From positions 9,561-73,560 of the forward strand of contig JAJAYJ010000170.1 in the NCBI GenBank assembly GCA_026786275.1: a DNA stretch of 64,000 nucleotides, written 5' to 3'. The DNA is from Nocardioides sp. Its GTDB lineage: Bacteria; Actinomycetota; Actinomycetes; Propionibacteriales; Nocardioidaceae. Position 1 is the stretch's first letter, and every line of letters begins with the position of its first letter. The notes beneath the pieces are model-generated. The model worked only from the letters and a program-made list of their open reading frames with translations, was not told where the DNA came from and did not search any database. Both the position numbers and the translations under genes were made by a program. This document shows positions 56,867 through 64,000 of this stretch, piece by piece.

Positions 56867-58225
56867 ATGACCACCACCGCAGGCAGTCCCCCCACCACCA
56901 CGGACCGCGCATCGCTGGACGCGCGGGCGGTCGAGCTGGACCGAGCCCACGTCTTCCACTCCTGGTCCGCCCAGGGCCCACTGCACCCGATGGTCGTCGC
57001 CGGCGGCCTCGGCTGCCGGGTCTGGGACCACGCGGGCCGGACCTGGCTCGACTTCTCCAGCCAGCTGGTCAACGTCAACATCGGCCACCAGCACCCGGCC
57101 GTGGTCGCCGCGATCCAGGAGCAGGTCGCGACGCTGGCCACTGTCAGCCCGCCGACGGCCAACCTGGCCCGCGGTGAGGCCGCCCGTCGGATCACCGACC
57201 GGGCCCCGGACGGCATGGACAAGGTGTTCTTCACCAACGGTGGTGCCGACGCGATCGAGAACGCCGTGCGGATGGCCCGCCAGCTCACCGGGCGTGACAA
57301 GGTCGTCTCGACCTACCGCTCCTACCACGGCAACACCGGCGCCGCCGTGGTCGCGACCGGCGACTGGCGCCGGATCCCCAACGAGTACGCCCGCGGGCAC
57401 GTGCACGTCTTCGGGCCCTACCTCTACCGCAGCGAGTTCTGGGCCACCACGCCCGAGCAGGAGGCCGAGCGCGCGCTGCGGCACCTGACCCGGGTCGTCG
57501 AGGCGGAGGGTCCGGCCGGCATCGCGGCGATCCTGCTGGAGACCATCCCGGGCACCGCCGGCGTGCTGGTGCCGCCGCCCGGCTACCTGCCCGGCGTCCG
57601 CGCCCTGTGCGACAAGCACGGCATCAAGCTGATCCTGGACGAGGTCATGTGCGGCTTCGGTCGCACCGGCGAGTGGTTCGCCTTCGACGCGCCCGACGTG
57701 GGTGGTGGGGTGGTGCCCGACCTGATCGCCTTCGCCAAGGGTGTGAACTCGGGCTACGTGCCGGTCGGCGGCGTGGTGATGAGCGCGGAGGTCGCCGCCC
57801 ACTTCGACCAGGTCGTGTTCCCGGGGGGCCTGACCTACAGCGGGCACCCGCTCGCCACGGCCTCGATCGTGGCCGCGCTCGACGCCATGCAGGACGAGGG
57901 CATCGTGGACAACGCCAAGCGGATCGGTTCCGACGTACTCGGCCCCGGACTCGCGGAGCTGGCTGAGCGGCACCCGATCGTCGGCGAGGTTCGCGGCACC
58001 GGTGTCTTCTGGGCCCTGGACCTGGTCGCCGATCCGGTCACCCGCGAGCCCGTCGCACCCGCGGTGATCGGGCGCGCCAAGACCGAGCTGATCGCCCGCG
58101 GACTGCTGCCCCTGACCGCCGACAACCGGATCCACGTGGTGCCGCCCTGCGTGGTCACCGACGAGGAGGTCGCCGAGGCGATCTCGACCTACGACGCCGT
58201 ACTCACCCTGCTCGAGGAGCTCTAG
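56867..58225 (+). CDS. Class-III aminotransferase (beta-alanine transaminase by context)
   Basis: HVFHSWSAQ, DFSSQLVN, SYHG, LILDEVMCGFGRTG, FAKG, GLTYSGHP. Confidence 0.9.
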   Translation: MTTTAGSPPTTTDRASLDARAVELDRAHVFHSWSAQGPLHPMVVAGGLGCRVWDHAGRTWLDFSSQLVNVNIGHQHPAVVAAIQEQVATLATVSPPTANLARGEAARRITDRAPDGMDKVFFTNGGADAIENAVRMARQLTGRDKVVSTYRSYHGNTGAAVVATGDWRRIPNEYARGHVHVFGPYLYRSEFWATTPEQEAERALRHLTRVVEAEGPAGIAAILLETIPGTAGVLVPPPGYLPGVRALCDKHGIKLILDEVMCGFGRTGEWFAFDAPDVGGGVVPDLIAFAKGVNSGYVPVGGVVMSAEVAAHFDQVVFPGGLTYSGHPLATASIVAALDAMQDEGIVDNAKRIGSDVLGPGLAELAERHPIVGEVRGTGVFWALDLVADPVTREPVAPAVIGRAKTELIARGLLPLTADNRIHVVPPCVVTDEEVAEAISTYDAVLTLLEEL

Positions 58226-58227
58226 TC

Positions 58228-59739
58228 ATGAACCTGTCCACCACCGATCTGCCCACCCTCGACCACTGGATCGGCGGCGCGACGTACGCCGGCGACTCCA
58301 CGCGCACCGCGCCCGTGCACGACCCGGCGCTCGGCACCGTCTCCAAGCACGTGCGGCTCGGGTCGACCGCCGATGTCGGCGCGGCCGTGGCGGCGGCGTC
58401 GGCGGCGTACGTGACCTGGGGCGACACCTCGATCGCGGCCCGGCAGACGGTGATGTTCCGGTTCCGCGAGCTGTTCGACGCCCGGCGCGACGAGCTGGCC
58501 GAGATCCTGACCTCCGAGCACGGCAAGGTGCTCTCCGACGCGGCCGGGGAGATCGCCCGCGGCCTGGAGGTCGTGGAGTTCGCGTGCGGGATGCCGCACC
58601 TGATCAAGGGCAGCTACTCCGAGAACGCCTCGACCGGTGTGGACGTCTACTCCCTCAAGCAGCCGATCGGGGTGGTCGGGATCGTCAGCCCGTTCAACTT
58701 CCCGGCGATGGTGCCGCTGTGGTTCTTCCCGATCGCGATCGCGGCCGGCAACACGGTCGTGCTCAAGCCCAGCGAGAAGGACCCCAGCCCGGCCATCTGG
58801 ATGGCCGCGCTGTTCACGGAGGCCGGCCTGCCCGACGGGGTCTTCAACGTGGTGCACGGCGACAAGGAGGCCGTCGACGCGCTGCTGGAGCACCCGGAGG
58901 TGGCCTCGATCTCGTTCGTGGGCTCGACCCCGATCGCACGCTACGTCTACGAGAACGGCACCCGCGCCGGCAAGCGGGTGCAGGCGTTGGGCGGGGCCAA
59001 GAACCACATGCTGGTGCTGCCGGACGCCGACCTCGACCTGGTCGCCGACTCCGCGGTCAACGCCGGGTTCGGCTCGGCCGGGGAGCGGTGCATGGCGGTC
59101 AGCGTGGTCGTCGCCGTGGACACGATCGCCGACGAGCTGGTCGCCAAGATCCGGGACCGGATGGGCAAGCTCGTCACCGGTGACGGTCGTCGCTCCTGCG
59201 ACATGGGGCCGCTGATCACCGCCGAGCACCGCGACAAGGTCGCCGGTTACCTCGACGTCGCCGTCGCGGACGGCTGCGACCTGGTGGTCGACGGCCGTGA
59301 CGTGGACGTCGACGGTGCGGCCGAGGGCTTCTGGCTCGGGCCGACCCTGGTCGACAAGGTGCCGACCACCTCCACGGTCTACACCGACGAGATCTTCGGC
59401 CCGGTGCTGTCGGTGGTGCGGGTGTCGTCGTACGCCGACGGCGTCGCGCTGATCAACGCCGGCCCCTACGGCAACGGCACCGCAATCTTCACCAACGACG
59501 GGGGAGCGGCGCGCCGCTTCCAGCGCGAGGTCGAGATCGGCATGGTCGGCATCAACGTCCCGATCCCGGTGCCGGTCGCCTACCACTCGTTCGGCGGGTG
59601 GAAGGCCTCCCTGTTCGGGGACGCCAAGGCCTACGGCCCCCAGGGCGTGGAGTTCTTCACCCGCGAGAAGGCCGTCACCTCGCGCTGGCTGGACCCCTCG
59701 CACGGTGGCCTGAACCTCGGGTTCCCGCAGAACTCCTGA
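58228..59739 (+). CDS. mmsA: CoA-acylating (methyl)malonate-semialdehyde dehydrogenase
   Basis: PFNFPAMVP, KPSEKDP, FVGST, GAKNH, AGERCMA, EIFGPV, GINVPIPVP. Confidence 0.95.
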   Translation: MNLSTTDLPTLDHWIGGATYAGDSTRTAPVHDPALGTVSKHVRLGSTADVGAAVAAASAAYVTWGDTSIAARQTVMFRFRELFDARRDELAEILTSEHGKVLSDAAGEIARGLEVVEFACGMPHLIKGSYSENASTGVDVYSLKQPIGVVGIVSPFNFPAMVPLWFFPIAIAAGNTVVLKPSEKDPSPAIWMAALFTEAGLPDGVFNVVHGDKEAVDALLEHPEVASISFVGSTPIARYVYENGTRAGKRVQALGGAKNHMLVLPDADLDLVADSAVNAGFGSAGERCMAVSVVVAVDTIADELVAKIRDRMGKLVTGDGRRSCDMGPLITAEHRDKVAGYLDVAVADGCDLVVDGRDVDVDGAAEGFWLGPTLVDKVPTTSTVYTDEIFGPVLSVVRVSSYADGVALINAGPYGNGTAIFTNDGGAARRFQREVEIGMVGINVPIPVPVAYHSFGGWKASLFGDAKAYGPQGVEFFTREKAVTSRWLDPSHGGLNLGFPQNS

Positions 59740-59792
59740 GACCACGGCGTGTCCTGACCCCGCGCCGGCCGACTGCGTCGTTCGATGGTGGT

Positions 59793-59821
59793 GGCCCTGC
59801 GGCGTATGAGACCGCAGGGCC
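59793..59821 (+). terminator. Hairpin after mmsA
   Basis: GGCCCTGCGG-N9-CCGCAGGGCC. Confidence 0.55.
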
Positions 59822-59872
59822 GTTGCGCTCTGATTCTCCCCGGGCTGATACTCACGCGGGAGGTGGTGGGCC

Positions 59873-60410
59873 ATGGCCGTCGTGCACCGGGGCCGCTTCA
59901 CCGCGGACACGAGCTCGCTGAACGCCGAGGTCGTCGTGTTCGTGATCGGGATGCGGATCGCCACGCCGTGGAAGGTCCGGGCCTGGTGGCCGGTCTTCGT
60001 GGCGATGCCGAAGATGCTGGGCTACCTGGAGCAGCATCCGGAGAAGGGTCTGCTGGGGTATCAGCAGGCTCTGTTGCCCTCGCCGCTGATCGTGCAGTAC
60101 TGGCGCTCGTTCGACGACCTGGCCCGCTTCGCTCGCGACCGCGACGATCCCCACCTGGAGCCCTGGAGCCCTGGAGCCCTGGAGCCCTGGAGGCAGTTCA
60201 ACCGGCGGGTCACCGGCTCCGGCGACGTGGGTATCTGGCACGAGACCTACCGAGTCGACCACCGCCGACGTGGAGACGATCGACACCAACATGCCGGCCC
60301 ACGGTCTGGCCGCGGCCACCGCAGTCGTGCCGGTGCGTCGGGGCGGCGACTCGGCTGCCGCTCGGATCGGTGTCTCCGACACCGACGACCCGGCTCTGCC
60401 GACGTACTGA
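59873..60410 (+). pseudogene. DUF4188-family protein with a repeat expansion and a late frameshift
   Basis: VVVFVIGMRI, QYWRSFDDL, VGIWHETY; the expected ETI.TNMP..GLAAA continuation is in the +1 frame and ends at TGA 60410. Confidence 0.7.
60154..60192 (+). repeat. Octamer tandem repeat (CCTGGAGC) x4 plus a partial copy
   Basis: cctggagc cctggagc cctggagc cctggagc cctggag. Confidence 0.85.
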
Positions 60411-60489
60411 CGCCCGCTCGCCCGGCCGAGTCGGCGTGGGGCGGCCGGGCGCCTGGGAGCCGGACCGAGCGATGTCCTAGATTCCCCCC

Positions 60490-61524
60490 GTGAGTGCTCA
60501 GGCCCCATCGACCGTCATCCTGATCCGCGCGGAACGGTTCATCCCCAATCCCGCGACGGCGGCCGACAACGCGTTCCAGCGTGATCCCCCGCAGGGCCAG
60601 TCCGACGACGCGACGTCCAGCAACGCCCTGGCCGAGATGGACGCCGTCGCCCAGGCGCTGCGCGATGCGGGCGTGACGGTGCACGTCTTCGAGGACGAGG
60701 ACCACACCCGCCCGGACAGCGTCTTCCCGAACAACTGGCTCTCCACCCACGCGGGGGGCAACATCGCGGTCTACCCGATGTACGCCTCCAACCGCCGCCA
60801 CGAGCGCCGCTCCGACGTCCTGGAGCTGCTGAAGTCCCGCTACCGGGTCCAGACCATCGTCGACTACTCCGGCCTCGAACCCGACGGCATCTTCCTCGAG
60901 GGCACCGGCGCGATGGTGCTGGACCACATCTCCCGGGTCGCGTACACGGCCCGGAGCCACCGGGCTGACACCCACGTCCTCGAGCGGTTCTGCACCGACT
61001 TCGGGTACGAGCCGATGGCCTTCGACGCGGTCGACTCCGAGGGCGTGCCGGTTTACCACACCAACGTCATCGCCTGCATCGGCACCGACGTCGCGATGAT
61101 CGCCCTGGAGATGATCCCGGACGTGCAGCGTCGCGAGGAGGTCCGCGAGCGCCTCTCGGTCAACGGCCGGTTCGTCGTCGAGCTGACCGAGGAACAGATC
61201 CGCGAGTTCGCCGGCAACGCCGTGGAGCTGTGTGGCCGTACGCCGCAGGGTCGGCGCCGGTACCTCATGGCCATGTCGGCCCGGGCGCTGCGCAGCCTGC
61301 GTCCGGACCAGGTCGCGGCGATCGAGGAGTCCTGCGAGATCGTGGCCGTCGACATCCCCACCATCGAGCTGGCCGGCGGGTCGGTGCGGTGCATGATCGC
61401 CGGTGTCCACCTCGACCGACGCCCGGCCGTCGAGCCCGGGCCCACGGCTGCCGTCGAGGCGATCGACGAGAACGCGCAGACGGTCGACGGTCAGGACGTG
61501 GCGGCGGGCGGCATCGCAGACTGA
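60490..61524 (+). CDS. Amidinotransferase/pentein-family protein (CtlX-like)
   Basis: TAADNAFQ, PDSVFPNNW, LEGTGAMVLD, YHTNV, GGSVRCMIA. Confidence 0.88.
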   Translation: MSAQAPSTVILIRAERFIPNPATAADNAFQRDPPQGQSDDATSSNALAEMDAVAQALRDAGVTVHVFEDEDHTRPDSVFPNNWLSTHAGGNIAVYPMYASNRRHERRSDVLELLKSRYRVQTIVDYSGLEPDGIFLEGTGAMVLDHISRVAYTARSHRADTHVLERFCTDFGYEPMAFDAVDSEGVPVYHTNVIACIGTDVAMIALEMIPDVQRREEVRERLSVNGRFVVELTEEQIREFAGNAVELCGRTPQGRRRYLMAMSARALRSLRPDQVAAIEESCEIVAVDIPTIELAGGSVRCMIAGVHLDRRPAVEPGPTAAVEAIDENAQTVDGQDVAAGGIAD

Positions 61525-61564
61525 GCTGTGGGGTCGGTCCGGGAGGGCGGACGGGGGGTCGAGG

Positions 61565-62134
61565 CTACGTGGGATCGACGCGCTTCGAGCCGACCCATCG
61601 GTGCTTCCCGATCCTGCGGTCGCGCGTGAAGCCCAGCTGGTCGTAGGTGGAGAGCGCCCCGTGGAAGAGGAACCCAGCCGACACCGAGGCGGCGTCCTCC
61701 GGGTAGCCCTCGACCAGGCCGCCGCCGAGACCGGCGATGAGCATCAGCGCACCGGACAGGCCGGCAGCGGCCGCTCCCTGGCGCCGGTGTCCCTTCCCGA
61801 CGTAGCAGCAGGCAATCCGCCAGTCTGGGAGGTCCGACAGCCCCTTTTCGTAGGCCGCCCGGTTCTTGATCCTGGGCAGTTCCTCGGGGCCGCCGAACTG
61901 GCACCAGCCGACGCACTCGTCGCCGTCGAGGACGAGGGCCGCGTGCGTGGAGCCGTCCAGCACCCGTGCGCGCTTCCGGTCGCGGTTGACCGCGGTCGTG
62001 TCAGCACAACCCTCGGGATGGAAGCCGGTGCACCAGCAGCCACCGAAGATGCCGTTGTTGGCCTCGACGAGGACGGCGAAGGCTGGCCACGACGCTTCGT
62101 TGAGCGGTGTCACGGCAAAACGTGGTGCGCCCAT
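61565..62134 (-). CDS. GNAT-family acetyltransferase
   Basis: GCWCTGFH, VGWCQFG, CCYVGKGHRRQG, VEGYP. Confidence 0.85.
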   Translation of the reverse strand: MGAPRFAVTPLNEASWPAFAVLVEANNGIFGGCWCTGFHPEGCADTTAVNRDRKRARVLDGSTHAALVLDGDECVGWCQFGGPEELPRIKNRAAYEKGLSDLPDWRIACCYVGKGHRRQGAAAAGLSGALMLIAGLGGGLVEGYPEDAASVSAGFLFHGALSTYDQLGFTRDRRIGKHRWVGSKRVDPT

Positions 62135-62207
62135 GTGGGCCAGCCTCTCACCGGGCACCGACGCCGGGGGCGGTCGGTGGCGCCTGTCCACCGGGGCCGC
62201 TTGGGCC

Positions 62208-62236
62208 TTGTCGTCGAACAGATGTTCGAATAAGAC
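62208..62236 (+). promoter_or_regulatory. Promoter with a perfect actinobacterial LexA (SOS) box in the spacer
   Basis: TTGTCG - TCGAAC AGAT GTTCGA (62214-62229) - TAAGAC, 6 nt before ATG 62243 (leaderless). Confidence 0.85.
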
Positions 62237-62242
62237 GGGTCC

Positions 62243-63360
62243 ATGAGCTCCCCCGTCGCCGATGCTGCGTTCACGCCGAGTGAGCTGATCGCGTCGGTGC
62301 GTGCGGCCCGTTCCGCAGCCGATGCGGCTGAGGTCGAGGTGCTGCAGCTGGCGATCGCCTGGGCGCACGCACACCCGGTGCTGCCTGGCCAGGACTGGTG
62401 GCGCGCGCCCAGGGCGACCGCGTTCTCTGACGGGTCCCTGGATCCTGCCGAGTGCACCGAGGACGAGCTGGAGTGGTTCGGGATCCCCGAGGTCCGGTGG
62501 GACGCGCCGGCCGCGTTTCGCAGCAGCCAACGCGATGTCCACGACCGCGGGTCGGGCGCTGATCCGGGACGCGTTGATCCTGCGGCACCAGTTGCCCCGG
62601 TTGTTCGCGTCGGTGCGTGCCGGGAGGGTTCCGGTGTGGCGGGCCCGGCGGGTCGCCCAGGCCGTGATCGGGAGACCAGCCGACGTGACGGCCCTCATCG
62701 AGCCGAGCTGGCCGACCGGGCCGGCAGGATCGGGGTAGCCGGGATTGACCGGGTGCTGGACGAGGCAATGCCGAGGCTCTACCCCGAGGAGCGCGAGCTT
62801 GCGCAGCTCGAGGCGCTGGACGCACGGCACGCCACCCTGGACGAGGCCACCCTGAATGAGGGCGGGATCGGTGAGATGGTGTTGCGCGGCACCTGGCCGG
62901 ACCTGAAGGACTTCGACCATGCCCTCGCCGAGGTCGCTGCCGCGCTGGGTCGTGAGGCTGCGGCCCGCAACGAGGTCGTGGAGGGTCTCGGCGTGCGCCG
63001 CTTGAGGGCGGTCGGGATCCTGGCTGACCCGGCGGCTGCCCTCGCGCTGCTGCAGGCCGACCCCGACTGGGCGGGGAAGGCGGCGCGCCGCCGGGTCCTC
63101 CTGGTGGTGCACCCGACAGGCCGAGTGCTGCGATGGCGACCATGTGACCGCGGCGGCGGACGGTAGCCTGACCAGCACCGCGAACCTCGCCGCTGTCTGT
63201 CGACACCACCATCGATTGAAGACCCACGCCGGGTGGTGCTACACCGTCCTCGGGCCCGGCAGCTACCTGTGGTCCGATCCGCATGGCCAGATGTTCCTGT
63301 GCACCTGCGACGGCACCACCGACGTCACACCGCCGCGTACCCCTCGACATCGCCGATCAG
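62243..63360 (+). pseudogene. DUF222/HNH endonuclease-signature protein, frameshifted and internally deleted
   Basis: AIAWAHAHP, LIRDALILRHQLPRL, VPVWRARRVA; HNH CDGDHV...NLAAVCRHHHRLKTH, in different frames. Confidence 0.8.
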
Positions 63361-63434
63361 CGCCACCAGGTCGATGGAGTCGACACGCGCGTCGGGAAGT
63401 TCCGCCCGGTCACCGGCCCTGCAACGATCCCAGG

Positions 63435-63911
63435 GTGGACCTGCCTGACTTCGACACCCGATTGGCCGCCTACGCCGTGATCCTCGACAATCGCGACCGT
63501 CTCCTCCTCGCCCTGTGGAACGAGCCGGCCGACCCGCTGTGGACCATGCCCGGCGGTGGCATCGACCTCGAGGAGTCGATCGAGGAGGGACTGGTGCGCG
63601 AGCTCCGAGAGGAGACCGGCTACGAGGTGGAGGTCGGGCCCCTCCTCGGTCTCGACACCCACGTCGTGCCCGGTGAGCGACGCCGGCCGCCTGCTGAGCG
63701 GCCACGAAAGGCGGTCCGGGTGTTCTACGCCGCCACCATCGTGGGCGGTGAGCTGACCCGTGAGGTCGACGGCACCACCGACGAGGCTCGATGGTTCCCG
63801 CTCGAGGAAGTGCCGTCGCTGGCCCGCGTCAGCTCGGTCGATCGGGCGCTGGCCTTTCTCGGCCCTGGTCGGTTGCACCGCCAGGGTGAGCAGCACTCAC
63901 GCCCGGTGTGA
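63435..63911 (+). CDS. NUDIX hydrolase
   Basis: WTMPGGGIDLEESIEEGLVRELREETG Nudix box; start GTG 63435. Confidence 0.88.
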   Translation: MDLPDFDTRLAAYAVILDNRDRLLLALWNEPADPLWTMPGGGIDLEESIEEGLVRELREETGYEVEVGPLLGLDTHVVPGERRRPPAERPRKAVRVFYAATIVGGELTREVDGTTDEARWFPLEEVPSLARVSSVDRALAFLGPGRLHRQGEQHSRPV

Positions 63912-63930
63912 GAGGCGACCTGCGTGCCCG

Positions 63931-63956
63931 GGAACAACCCCCGCCTCGCCTGGGTT
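63931..63956 (+). promoter_or_regulatory. SigH/SigR-type ECF promoter GGAAC-N18-GTT
   Basis: GGAAC 63931-63935, GTT(GAA) at 63954. Confidence 0.75.
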
Positions 63957-63970
63957 GAAGCCAGTGAACA

Positions 63971-63995
63971 AAGTTGAGTTGGATTCGCTCAACTT
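63971..63995. promoter_or_regulatory. HAIR element (HspR operator)
   Basis: AAGTTGAGT-TGGATTC-GCTCAACTT, compared with the consensus CTTGAGT-N7-ACTCAAG. Confidence 0.8.
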
Positions 63996-64000
63996 GTTTG

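Noticed and set aside
61565-63178. 537-aa GNAT ORF
   Set aside because: Only the last 189 codons (from ATG 62134) look like GNAT; the upstream part is antisense to the DUF222 remnant.
63144-63911. Apparent HNH-NUDIX fusion ORF (255 aa)
   Set aside because: The HNH part is the tail of the broken DUF222 gene and happens to be in frame with an independent NUDIX gene starting at 63435; the linker looks non-coding.

Overview
High-GC actinobacterial chromosomal segment, most consistent with Nocardioides or a relative (inferred from gene content and promoter style). Left to right: (1) a heme and cytochrome c maturation region (hemD, hemB, hemL, His-phosphatase, TlpA/ResA, ccdA, resB, ccsB) with a lytic transglycosylase gene on the opposite strand; (2) a lysE/lysG pair, a FadE5-like acyl-CoA dehydrogenase, an Rrf2 regulator, tRNA-Gly(CCC) and dcd; (3) an RHH regulator/DUF4097/small-ORF operon, an SSS transporter and an APH-like kinase; (4) a FadF/EtfD-like Fe-S membrane oxidoreductase with a repetitive tail and a CitE-family lyase pair; (5) a WXG100-like effector cassette; (6) a reductive pyrimidine-catabolism operon that has an F420-type LLM oxidoreductase where a dihydropyrimidine dehydrogenase is expected. 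Several accessory genes are frameshifted (AbiEi/DUF559-like, LuxR-ATPase, DUF4188, DUF222-HNH). The window ends in a SigH/SigR promoter plus an HspR (HAIR) operator. No CRISPR array, rRNA, integrase or transposase was seen. All family assignments come from motif recognition by eye, not from database searches.
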